A DNA stretch of 29,668 nucleotides from Gemmatimonadota bacterium (GCA_040905425.1 JBBDRO010000078.1:1-29668), one strand, 5' to 3'. Shown: positions 7,541 through 16,235, counted from the first letter of the stretch. The notes: generated by a model from the letters alone, not told the origin. Program-made: numbers and translations.

Positions 7541-10500
7541 ATGCTGGAGCGAGTCATTGAGTGGTCCGTGGCCAACAAGTTCATCGTTGTGATCCTCACC
7601 GCCTTCCTGGTGGTGGGCGGGATCGCGGCCATGCGCAGCATGCCCCTGGAGGCGCTGCCCGACCTGAGCGACGTACAGGTCATCGTCCGGACGGACTATG
7701 CCGGGCAGGCGCCCCAGATCATCGAAGACCAGGTCACCTACCCCATCACCACCGAGATGCTGAAGGTGCCGGGGGCGGTGACCGTGCGCGGCTACTCCTT
7801 CTTCGGGACGTCGTTCGTCTACGTCATCTTCAATGACGACACTGACCTCTACTGGGCCCGGAGCCGGGTGCTGGAGTACCTGTCGGCGATCCGGGGCAAG
7901 CTGCCGACGGGCGCCGAGTCGCAGCTCGGCCCCGATGCCACCGGCCTGGGCTGGGTCTACCAGTACGTGCTGGAGGACGAGAGCGGGACGCGCTCCCTGG
8001 CGGAGCTGCGGAGCTATCAGGACTGGTACCTGCGCTACCAGCTCACCGCCGTGCCGGGAGTGAGCGAGGTGGCCACGGTGGGCGGCTTCGAGAAGACCTA
8101 CCAGATCACCGTGGACCCGGTAAAGCTCCGGGGCTACGGGATCCCCGTGACCCGGGTCATGAGCGCGGTGAAGGCGTCCAACCAGGACGTGGGCGCCATG
8201 ATGATGGAGCAGAGCGAGCGGGAGTTCATCATCCGCGGGCTCGGCTACCTCGAGGGCGTGGAGGATATCGAGAACGTGGTGGTGGGCGCCACCGCAGGAG
8301 GCACGCCCATCCGGATCACGGACGTGGCCACCGTGGGCCTCGCGCCGGACGTGCGCCGGGGTATTGCCGATCTGAACGGCCGCGGTGACGTGGTGGGCGG
8401 GATCGTCGTCATGCGGTTCGGCGAGAACGCCCTGGCCACGATCGAGCGGGTGAAGGAGAAGCTGGCGGAAATCGAGAGTGGGATGCCCGAGGGAATCGTC
8501 GTCACGCCGGTCTACGACCGCTCCGGGCTGATCATGGACGCCATCACGACGCTGAAGGAGAAGCTGCTGGAGGAGTCGCTGATCGTGGCGCTGGTCTCGA
8601 TCCTCTTCCTCTTCCACGCCCGCAGCGCCCTGGTGGCGATCATCACCCTCCCCGTTGGCATCCTCATGGCGTTCATCGCCATGCGGGCGCTGGGGATCGG
8701 CGCGGACATCATGAGCCTGGGCGGGATTGCCATTGCCATCGGCGCCATGATCGACGCGGCCATCGTGATGATCGAGAACATGCACAAGCACCTCGAGCAC
8801 GCCGTGGAGGAGAAGCACGCCAGGGCACGGGCCCAGGGGCGGGAGCTGCCCGGCGGGGATAAGCTGCACACGGACGTGCTCACCACGCCTGAGCGGTGGC
8901 AGGTGGTGGTGGAGAGCTCTAAGGAGGTGGGTCCGGCCCTCTTCTTCAGCCTGCTCATCATCACGGTTAGCTTCGTCCCGGTGTTCGCCCTCGAGGCGCA
9001 GGAGGGGCGGATGTTCGAGCCGCTGGCGTGGACGAAGACGCTGGCGATGGCGTCCGCCAGCCTCCTGTCCGTGACGCTGGTTCCCGTGGCGATGGGGCTG
9101 TTCGTCCGCGGCCGCATCCACAAGGAGGAGAAGAACCCGATCTCACGCGGGCTGAAGAAGGTCTACCGCCCGGTCCTGAATTGGGTGCTCCTGCGCCGCT
9201 GGCCAGTGGTGGCGGGCGCGCTGGCCATACTGATCCTGACGTTCATCCCGTACAGCCGGATCGGCAGCGAGTTCATGCCACCCCTGAACGAGGGCAGCAT
9301 TCTCTTCATGCCCACTACGCTACCGGGCGTGAGCGTGGCCACGGCGCGAGAGACGCTCATCAAGCAGGACAGCATCCTGAAGTCGTTCCCGGAGGTGGAG
9401 AGCGTGTTCGGCAAGGCGGGCCGGGCCACCACCGCCACGGACCCGGCTCCGCTGGCCATGTTCGAGACCACAATCGTCCTCAAGCCCGAGAGCGAGTGGC
9501 GTGAAGGCGTGACGCACGAGACGCTGGTCGAGGAGATGGATGAGGCGCTGGACTTCCCGGGAATCACAAACTCCTGGACCATGCCGATCAAGGGGCGGAT
9601 CGACATGCTCGCCACGGGCATCCGGACGCCCGTGGGGGTCAAGGTGTTCGGCCCCGACCTGAGCGAGCTGGCCCGGATCGGGAAGGAGATCGAGCAGGCG
9701 GCCAAGATGGTGCCCGGCACCCGGTCCGCCTTCGCGGAGCGGGCGGTCAGCGGCTACTACATCGACCTCGACATCGACCGCGTCGCCGCGGCGCGCTACG
9801 GCCTGAACGTGCAGGACATCCAGATGGTCATCGCCAGCGCGGTGGGTGGGATGAACATCACCCAGACCGTCGAGGGGCGGGAGCGCTATGGCGTCCGACT
9901 CCGCTATCCCCAGGAGCTGCGGGATCAGCCCGAGAAATTGGCGGAGCTGTTGATCCCAGTGGGCATACGCCGGGGCGGCATGAGCGGCGCGTCGGGTGGC
10001 GGTTCGACCATGGCCGGCATGGACATGGGCGGTGGGGGCGCCATGCAGATGGCGTCACCGGGGACCGCACAGGTCCCGCTGGGCCAGGTGGCGACCATCC
10101 ACCGCACCAGCGGCCCGATGGTGATCAAGACCGAAGGCGCCTTCCCCACCGCCTGGGTCTACCTGGACGTGGTGGACCGTGACATCGGCAGCTACGTTGC
10201 CGACGCCAAGGCCATGGTGGACAACATGGTCACGCTGCCGCCGGGCTACACCATCCAGTGGTCGGGTCAGTACGAGTACATGCAGCGCGCCAAGCAGAAG
10301 CTCCAGTACGTGGTCCCGGCCACGCTGCTGATCATCTTCCTGCTGCTCTACTTCAACTTCAAGAGCGTGGGCGAGAGCCTGATCGTCATGCTCTCGCTCC
10401 CCTTTGCGCTGGTGGGCGGTGTGCTGCTCATGTGGCTGGCCGGCTACAACTGGTCGGTAGCGTCGGTCATCGGGTTCATTGCGCTGGCCGGTGTGGCCGC

Positions 10501-10894
10501 CGAGATCGGTGTGGTCATGCTCGTCTACCTCGACCAGGCCTACCACAAGCGCATGCGCGAGGGACGCCTCCGTGGGCGGCTCGAGCTCTTCGAGTGCGTC
10601 CGGGAGGGCGCCGGACAGCGGCTCCGGCCGGTGGTCATGACCGCGACGGCCGTCATCGGGGGGCTGCTGCCGATCCTCTGGGGGCACGGCACCGGCGCGA
10701 GCGTGATGAAGCGGATTGCCGCGCCCATGGTCGGCGGGATGGTCAGCGCGACGCTGCTCACCATGGTCGTGATCCCAGTGGTCTACTCCCTCTGGCGGGA
10801 ATGGGGGCTGGAGCGCAACGAGCGCGAGACACCCCCGGCACTCGCTCGCGCCGGGGCATCGCCGCGGGAGCCGGTGGCGGCCGGCGGAGTCTGA
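7541..10894 (+). CDS. cusA: CusA/SilA-type Cu(I)/Ag(I) RND efflux transporter
   Basis: ALPDLSDVQVI, LGPDATGLGWVYQY, IMSLGGIAIAIGAMIDAAIVM, MKRIAAPMVGG. Met-triad equivalents ILFMPTTLPG, PLAMFET and RIDMLATG. SD GGGAG upstream. Confidence 0.95.
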   Translation: MLERVIEWSVANKFIVVILTAFLVVGGIAAMRSMPLEALPDLSDVQVIVRTDYAGQAPQIIEDQVTYPITTEMLKVPGAVTVRGYSFFGTSFVYVIFNDDTDLYWARSRVLEYLSAIRGKLPTGAESQLGPDATGLGWVYQYVLEDESGTRSLAELRSYQDWYLRYQLTAVPGVSEVATVGGFEKTYQITVDPVKLRGYGIPVTRVMSAVKASNQDVGAMMMEQSEREFIIRGLGYLEGVEDIENVVVGATAGGTPIRITDVATVGLAPDVRRGIADLNGRGDVVGGIVVMRFGENALATIERVKEKLAEIESGMPEGIVVTPVYDRSGLIMDAITTLKEKLLEESLIVALVSILFLFHARSALVAIITLPVGILMAFIAMRALGIGADIMSLGGIAIAIGAMIDAAIVMIENMHKHLEHAVEEKHARARAQGRELPGGDKLHTDVLTTPERWQVVVESSKEVGPALFFSLLIITVSFVPVFALEAQEGRMFEPLAWTKTLAMASASLLSVTLVPVAMGLFVRGRIHKEEKNPISRGLKKVYRPVLNWVLLRRWPVVAGALAILILTFIPYSRIGSEFMPPLNEGSILFMPTTLPGVSVATARETLIKQDSILKSFPEVESVFGKAGRATTATDPAPLAMFETTIVLKPESEWREGVTHETLVEEMDEALDFPGITNSWTMPIKGRIDMLATGIRTPVGVKVFGPDLSELARIGKEIEQAAKMVPGTRSAFAERAVSGYYIDLDIDRVAAARYGLNVQDIQMVIASAVGGMNITQTVEGRERYGVRLRYPQELRDQPEKLAELLIPVGIRRGGMSGASGGGSTMAGMDMGGGGAMQMASPGTAQVPLGQVATIHRTSGPMVIKTEGAFPTAWVYLDVVDRDIGSYVADAKAMVDNMVTLPPGYTIQWSGQYEYMQRAKQKLQYVVPATLLIIFLLLYFNFKSVGESLIVMLSLPFALVGGVLLMWLAGYNWSVASVIGFIALAGVAAEIGVVMLVYLDQAYHKRMREGRLRGRLELFECVREGAGQRLRPVVMTATAVIGGLLPILWGHGTGASVMKRIAAPMVGGMVSATLLTMVVIPVVYSLWREWGLERNERETPPALARAGASPREPVAAGGV

Positions 10895-10939
10895 GGCGAC
10901 CCGGCGTGACGGGCCTGGTGACGGTTACCGGCATGGTGA

Positions 10940-11160
10940 CGCCGATTCCCCCGCCGCGGGACCCGGGTGAACGTGTTCCTGGCCGTAGTCACCTTGACGG
11001 GGTTCCGCGCCCTCCGGAGGGCGGGGGTCGAGCACGAGCGTGCCGTCTCGCTGGCGGCGCACGGCGGCTGGCCCGTCTACCGGCGCATGATCCGCGTTCC
11101 GCGAGCCCTCGCACGACTGGTCCGCCGGGCACCTCAGAGTCAGATGAGCCGAAGGTGCGT
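10940..11160 (+). pseudogene. Possible gene remnant between cusA and the cytochrome gene
   Basis: The frame reads GTRVNVFLAVVTLTGFRALRRAGVEHERAVSLAAHGGWPVYRRMIRVPRALARLV, which is protein-like. It has no SD, an in-frame stop at 10937, and decays into noise downstream. Bounds are approximate. Confidence 0.3.
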
Positions 11161-11210
11161 CGAGGGCCGCGAGGGGTGGAGCGGGAGACGCCCGCTAGAG
11201 CGGGGTCAAA

Positions 11211-11654
11211 TCATTCATCTCTCATCCGGTCCCGCCGGAGCGAATCGGACGCCAAGCGCAGGAACTTCTGAGCGGCCTGCAGTTCGGTCTCGGCCGGAGG
11301 CATCACCCCGGCGCGGCGGATATGCTGCCGCATCACGTTGACCTTCCCGATCCACAGCTCGGCGGGGTAGGCAGCGGGGTCCGGGAGCTCGTGGCAGGAG
11401 GAGCAGCGCATGGCAAACTCGTGGAATCCGGGTAGATCCTCGAGCTCACGCAGCTCCGCTTCGTGGGCTAGTGGTATCCGCTTGGGGAGCACGCTCGGGC
11501 CGGCACCCCCCTCTGCCCGCGCCCAGGCGCGGGTCCGGCTTCTGTCGATACCCTCCTGCCACTGAGCTTGCCGGGAGGCGCCGAGGCGCCAGGCCCCGAA
11601 GTGCCCGACGCCGCCCAGGGCCACGAGGACCAGGAGCACCGTACGCACTCTCAT
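11211..11654 (-). CDS. Membrane-anchored/exported monoheme c-type cytochrome
   Basis: N-terminal hydrophobic helix. Single CSSCH followed by LPDP...W..KV..M (candidate distal Met). SD-like GGAG/GAGG upstream; 11 nt after the upstream gene. Confidence 0.8.
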   Translation of the reverse strand: MRVRTVLLVLVALGGVGHFGAWRLGASRQAQWQEGIDRSRTRAWARAEGGAGPSVLPKRIPLAHEAELRELEDLPGFHEFAMRCSSCHELPDPAAYPAELWIGKVNVMRQHIRRAGVMPPAETELQAAQKFLRLASDSLRRDRMRDE

Positions 11655-11665
11655 CCTCGGCTCCG

Positions 11666-12118
11666 TCAGGTCTCGTAGAGGCGATCGATGGCCTTGCGGA
11701 TGTCATCGAGGGACCTGCCCTCCAGGTTCATCCGGTACGCCATGGACGCCTCCGAGAGGCAGACGTCACAACGGGCGGCGTGCGCATCCTTGTAGCAGTC
11801 GAGGAGCGAGTAGTGCCCGGAGTGCTCAGAGCAGGCGCAGTAGCAGTAGATTCCGTCGATGACGTGCGGGATCTCCGCGACCGCCGCGTACGTCTGCGCG
11901 ACGCGCGGGTACGCGGCGTAGTGGGTCGCTGGCGCAACATGATCGTGAGCAATGTGCTCGCGCGGCTCCGGGTGGTGATCGGCCGCCGAAAGAGCCAGGG
12001 TCGGGAGGATGAGCACGCCCAGGAGGACCACCGCGCCCCCGAGCCAGACCCACCCCGAGTCCTGCCACCCCCTCTTGCGGTTCTTCGGATTGTAGCTGGC
12101 CCGCTTCCCTCTGCCCAT
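11666..12118 (-). CDS. PCYCGC-motif-like Cys/His-rich membrane-anchored protein
   Basis: Basic N-terminus plus TM helix. YCYCACSEHSGHYSLLDCYKDAHAARCDVC (6 Cys). SD GGAGG. Confidence 0.8.
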   Translation of the reverse strand: MGRGKRASYNPKNRKRGWQDSGWVWLGGAVVLLGVLILPTLALSAADHHPEPREHIAHDHVAPATHYAAYPRVAQTYAAVAEIPHVIDGIYCYCACSEHSGHYSLLDCYKDAHAARCDVCLSEASMAYRMNLEGRSLDDIRKAIDRLYET

Positions 12119-12190
12119 GATCGACCTCCACTGCGATTCTGGTGCGCCGTTGCGCGCCGTGCGCCGGACGCTTCAGTCTACGCAGAACCG

Positions 12191-12228
12191 TTTAAGGAAG
12201 CGGTGAAGCACAGATTAAGAGTGCTTCA
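12191..12228 (-). promoter_or_regulatory. Operator box C, between the Cys-rich gene and the kinase gene
   Basis: Minus strand: TGAAG-CA-CTCTTAAT-CTGTG-CTTCAC-CGCTTC-CTTAAA, then a TAGACT -10-like hexamer. Matches box B at all 19 non-spacer positions. Confidence 0.7.
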
Positions 12229-12319
12229 TTCGTCACAGGGACGTTGCCGGAGGGTATGTTGTCCATGTCGTGCGGTCTAGAGTACCTTCCAACCTCCACA
12301 CCGATTACGAGGGCGATTG

Positions 12320-13750
12320 ATGCGCTCCCTACGCCTCAGCCTGGCGCTCCGGGCGGGCCTCGCGATGACGCTGGCGCTGGCCCTGCTGTCCGTGGGGGTG
12401 GTGTTCGCCATGGGGCAATTCCTGGATCGCGAGCTGAACGCGAACCTGATCAACGTTGCGTCGATCCAGGCGGCATCCGTCACCGATGCTCCGGGTGGCG
12501 CAATGCGCTTCCACGAGTGGGAGCTGACGCCCGAGGAGGCGATCCAGATCCGGGAGCTGAACCGGTTCGCGCAGGTCTGGAGCGCCGCGGGCGAGAGCCT
12601 CCTGCGCAGCCAGTTCGTGACGGAAGACCTGCCCCTCGACAGACCCGCCCTCCAGCGGGCATCGGCCGGGAACCTGGTCATCCTCGACCAGGAGTACCTG
12701 GCCATGCGGGTACGCTCGCTCTACTACCCGCTCGAGCGGCTCGGCCCGCTTCACGCGCACCACGTCCTCCAGGTGGCCGCCCCGCTCGAAGGTCGCAACG
12801 AGATCCTCGGCTGGCTCGGGCGCTTTCTGGCCGCGCTGACCACGCTCGTCGGCCTCGCTACATTCGCGGGCGGGTGGTGGCTGGCGCGCCGCATGGTCAA
12901 ACCTGTCACCGACATCATCAATCAGGCCGAGGCGCTGGAAGCGCAGACCCTGCACCGCCGCATCGACGCCCACGCCGACTCGCAGGAGTACGAGCGCCTC
13001 GTCCGCGTGCTCAACACCATGCTGGGGCGCCTGGACCGGGCCTTCGATGCCCAGCGGCGCTTCACCGCCGATGCCAGCCACGAGCTGCGCAGCCCCCTGA
13101 CGGCGCTCCGGCTGGAGATGGAGCTGGCGCTCCGGAGAGACCGTGAGAAAGATCAGTATCGGCAGGTCATTGCCAGCAATCTCCAGGAGGTCGAACGTCT
13201 CTCCCAGCTCTCCGAGGACCTCCTGACCCTGGCCCGCTCGGACGCCGGCGTGATGGAGCCGCGGCTCCAGCGGTCTGACGTGATGGAGCGGGCAAAGCAC
13301 GTGCTGCGCCGCCTGGAGCCGAAGGCGGAACAGGGGGACGTCCGGCTTGACCTGCGCGTCGAGGGGGACACGAGCGGGATCATAGATCCCGGCCTCATCG
13401 ATCAGTTGCTCTGGAACCTCGTCGACAACGCGATCAAGTTCACCCCGCCGGATGGGCGGGTTCAGGTGGGGGTGGTCGGCTCTCCCGAAACCGTCGATAT
13501 CAGGGTATTTGACAGTGGACCCGGGCTACGGCCCGACACCATGGACCAGATCTTCGAACGGTTTTATCGAGCCGACCACTCCCGTACGCCCCGCGGCGAC
13601 ACGGCCGGCACGGGCCTCGGCCTGTCCATCGTCCGGGCCATTGTCCAGATCCACGGCGGCACTGTCTCGGCCTCGAACAAAGCGGGAGGCGGGGCCGAGT
13701 TCGTCGTTCGGTTGCCGCGCGAGCCGACACGGGCATTGAAAACTCAGTAA
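12320..13750 (+). CDS. Membrane sensor histidine kinase (CusS/CopS-like: TM-sensor-TM-HAMP-HisKA-HATPase)
   Basis: Two TM helices. H-box FTADASHELRSPL, N-box NLVDNAIKF, DSGPG, IFERFYR, GTGLGLSI. Start ATG 12320 or TTG 12317. Confidence 0.92.
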   Translation: MRSLRLSLALRAGLAMTLALALLSVGVVFAMGQFLDRELNANLINVASIQAASVTDAPGGAMRFHEWELTPEEAIQIRELNRFAQVWSAAGESLLRSQFVTEDLPLDRPALQRASAGNLVILDQEYLAMRVRSLYYPLERLGPLHAHHVLQVAAPLEGRNEILGWLGRFLAALTTLVGLATFAGGWWLARRMVKPVTDIINQAEALEAQTLHRRIDAHADSQEYERLVRVLNTMLGRLDRAFDAQRRFTADASHELRSPLTALRLEMELALRRDREKDQYRQVIASNLQEVERLSQLSEDLLTLARSDAGVMEPRLQRSDVMERAKHVLRRLEPKAEQGDVRLDLRVEGDTSGIIDPGLIDQLLWNLVDNAIKFTPPDGRVQVGVVGSPETVDIRVFDSGPGLRPDTMDQIFERFYRADHSRTPRGDTAGTGLGLSIVRAIVQIHGGTVSASNKAGGGAEFVVRLPREPTRALKTQ

Positions 13751-15051
13751 TCCACGCCGGCCTCGTCCGCCGTCTGGTGGCGCTCCAGTTCCACACCCTG
13801 CAGCTCCAGCTCACTCTGCGGGATCCACAGCTGCATGAGCGGCACGCGGGAGAGGAAGAAGAAGACCGCGCCCAGCAGCACGCCCAGGAAGCCCAGCCCT
13901 ATGCCGATCTCCTGCCAGCCGAAGGGCACGTAGTCCAGCTCGTGGTAGATGGAGGGGTGCACGAGCAGGTAGCGCTCCAGCCACAGCCCCACCAGCAGGA
14001 TGCTCACCAGGAAGCTGTAGATGCGGGGGTTCTTCTTGGGCGCCACGCCGAGCAGCCCGAAGAACGGGATGACGAACACCATCACGCCCACGAGCTTGGC
14101 CACCACGTTGAAGGGCTCGTCGAAGCGGTGCACCACGTAGCTCTGCTCCAGCGGCAGCATGCCGTACCAGATGACAATGTACTGGCTGAAGAAGAGGTAC
14201 GCCCAGAAGACCACGAAGCCGAAGTTCAGCTTGGCAAGGTCGTGCATGGTGGTGGGCAGGATCCAGCGCTCCAGCTCGTGGCGCTCGCGCATGTAGAGCG
14301 TGAGCAGGCCCGTGGCGGCCAGGCCGCCCAGGAAGCCGCCCATGAAGACGAAGGGCCCCAGCAGCGTGCTGAACCAGTAGGGCTCCAGGGACATGATGAA
14401 GTCCCAGGAGAGCACGCTGAAGGCAATGGCCCAGACCATGGTCACGATGGGCGCCAGCACGCTCAGGCGCTTGTGGGCCAGCAGCTCCTCCGCCTGCTGG
14501 CCGCGCCAGTTGCGGGTCAGGCGCTCGGTGAGGGCGCGGCTCTCCGCCGGCGCGCCGGACTTCCAGAGCCCCATGTCCGGGCGCAGCGCCCAGTAGGCAA
14601 AGGCCAGGTCCAGGATGACCAGCCCGCCCATGAGCAGGAGCTGGCGCGTCCACATGAAGGGTACGTTCAGGTAGGCTTCCTTGCCGGCCACCGGATGCTC
14701 GATCCAGGGGAAGATGTGCTCCGCCCCCACCAGGATCGGGATCATGAGCAGGAAGGCCAGCGGCATGAAGGCCACGAAGGCCAGGGAGAAGCGTCGGAGC
14801 GGCCGCGACCACATGCCCTTGGCAATGGTCACCAGCACGGAGAGCATGAACGCGCCCTGGGCCAGGGCGGTGAAGAAGAGCCAGTTCTGCAGGTAAGCCA
14901 GGTAGGCGCGCGTGGGGTCGGCCAGCAGCGCCGCCACGAAGGCCACGGCGCCGATGAGCGCCAGGATCACCGCGCCCGCGGTGGCGAAGCGGGGTGCGGC
15001 GCCCAGATCCCTGACCGGCAGTGCGTGTAGCTGCGTTCCTCCGTGCGACAT
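13744..15051 (-). CDS. actF: Alternative complex III subunit F (NrfD-like membrane protein)
   Basis: Multi-TM protein. KEAYLNVPF, WDFIMSLEPYWFSTLLG, HDLAKLNFGFVVFWAYLFFSQYIVIWYG. Last gene of the act operon. Confidence 0.88.
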   Translation of the reverse strand: MSHGGTQLHALPVRDLGAAPRFATAGAVILALIGAVAFVAALLADPTRAYLAYLQNWLFFTALAQGAFMLSVLVTIAKGMWSRPLRRFSLAFVAFMPLAFLLMIPILVGAEHIFPWIEHPVAGKEAYLNVPFMWTRQLLLMGGLVILDLAFAYWALRPDMGLWKSGAPAESRALTERLTRNWRGQQAEELLAHKRLSVLAPIVTMVWAIAFSVLSWDFIMSLEPYWFSTLLGPFVFMGGFLGGLAATGLLTLYMRERHELERWILPTTMHDLAKLNFGFVVFWAYLFFSQYIVIWYGMLPLEQSYVVHRFDEPFNVVAKLVGVMVFVIPFFGLLGVAPKKNPRIYSFLVSILLVGLWLERYLLVHPSIYHELDYVPFGWQEIGIGLGFLGVLLGAVFFFLSRVPLMQLWIPQSELELQGVELERHQTADEAGVDY

Positions 15052-15052
15052 G

Positions 15053-15718
15053 CTAGCGCTCCTCCAGGCCGGTCGTGGCGGTGGGGGCCGCGGCCGTGTC
15101 CTGCGCCTCGGCCGCGGGCGCCGGCTCGGCGCCGCCCGCCTGGATCACCTCACGCAGGTAGCTCACGATGGCCCAGCGCTCCAGGTCCGTCGTGCGCGGT
15201 CCGTACGCGGGCATCATGCTCCGGCCCGCGTGGATGACGCCGTAGAGGTAGCCGTCCGCGCGCGCCACCGAGGCGGGCAGGGTCAGGTTGGTCACGAGCG
15301 CTGGGAACTTGCCCTCCTCACCCGGCTTGGTGACGATCGGGCCATCCCCCAGTCCCGTGGCACCGTGGCAGACGGCGCAGTGACGGTCGTACATGACCTG
15401 GCCGAGCTCCAGCAGCGCGGGGTCCGTCTGGTCGTACGGATTGGTGCCGTACGGGCCGGCGGCAAAGGCGTTCAGCGCCACCTCGCTGGCCTCCAGCGGC
15501 GGCAGGATCTTGCTCCCCGCGGGTGAGGCGAACGGCACCGCGCCCGGCGGCGGCGGCAGCGGCATCTCGTAGGGATCGAAGGCCGGCGACTCGTGCATGT
15601 ACGTGAACGTCGGGATCCTGTAGAGCACGCGTTCCTCGAACTCCGTGCAGCCGGCGCTCATGGCCACGGCCAGCAGGAGCGCGATGCCGGCGGCGCGCCG
15701 GCGGAGATCAGAGCGCAA
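15053..15718 (-). CDS. actE: Alternative complex III subunit E (monoheme cytochrome c lipoprotein)
   Basis: TTG start with SD GAGGAGG. Lipobox SAGC, YDRHCAVCHG, MMPAYG, RWAIVSYLR. Confidence 0.87.
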   Translation of the reverse strand: MRSDLRRRAAGIALLLAVAMSAGCTEFEERVLYRIPTFTYMHESPAFDPYEMPLPPPPGAVPFASPAGSKILPPLEASEVALNAFAAGPYGTNPYDQTDPALLELGQVMYDRHCAVCHGATGLGDGPIVTKPGEEGKFPALVTNLTLPASVARADGYLYGVIHAGRSMMPAYGPRTTDLERWAIVSYLREVIQAGGAEPAPAAEAQDTAAAPTATTGLEER

Positions 15719-16235
15719 CGGTCACCTCCTCGGCCCGATCCCGGACCGCTACTGCTCCGCTCTCGCGGAAGATGCCGGCCGCCTCGTCGCGGCGCGGGCC
15801 GTCCACCCACAGGCCGAAGCGGTCCGCGGTGAAGGACGGATCGTGTACCAGGCGCGCGCCGGGCCTGCGCGGCAGACGGGCATGGATGAAGAGCCCCAGC
15901 ACGGTGGACAGGGCACCGAACAGAATGGTCAGCTCGAAGGCAATGATGACCCAGGCCGGCATGGAGATGATGGGCTTGCCGCCCGTCACCAGCGGCCAGA
16001 CCAGGGACGTCCACGTGGGCAGCGCGAAGCCCGCCGCCGCGCCCGTGAGTCCCCCCACCAGGGTGTAGATGGGAATGGGGCTCCGCTTCTTGTGCAGGGC
16101 GTGCTCCAGTTCGTGGTTCGGGGCCGGGGCAATGGCCGTGATCTCCTTGATCCCCGCCGCGCGCAGCCGCTCGATGGCGGTCACGCTGTCCTCCACGTTG
16201 TCGAAAACGGCCAGGACGCCGGTGGCTTCACTCAT
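15708..16235 (-). CDS. actD: Alternative complex III subunit D (DUF3341)
   Basis: Start moved to ATG 16235 (ATGA overlap with the actC stop). WPLVTGGKP, FELTILFG, DPSFTADRFGL. Confidence 0.88.
   Translation of the reverse strand: MSEATGVLAVFDNVEDSVTAIERLRAAGIKEITAIAPAPNHELEHALHKKRSPIPIYTLVGGLTGAAAGFALPTWTSLVWPLVTGGKPIISMPAWVIIAFELTILFGALSTVLGLFIHARLPRRPGARLVHDPSFTADRFGLWVDGPRRDEAAGIFRESGAVAVRDRAEEVTVAL

Noticed and set aside
6248..9121. Long antisense or alternate-frame ORFs (e.g. 6248-9121 -, 18498-20885 +, 16268-17710 +, 13777-15030 +, 1397-2620 -, 27789-29114 +)
   Set aside because: They are shadows of well-supported genes in high-GC DNA, with biased low-complexity composition and no motifs.
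12240..12322. Remnant of a response regulator ending in a TGATG overlap with the kinase
   Set aside because: The frame reads ...GYVVHVVRSRVPSNLHTDYEGD*, with no convincing OmpR C-terminal motif (such as TVRGxGY).
4076..13750. Defined mobile element carrying the metal module
   Set aside because: No integrase, transposase, tRNA target, terminal inverted repeats or clean target-site duplication was seen. Insertion remains an inference.
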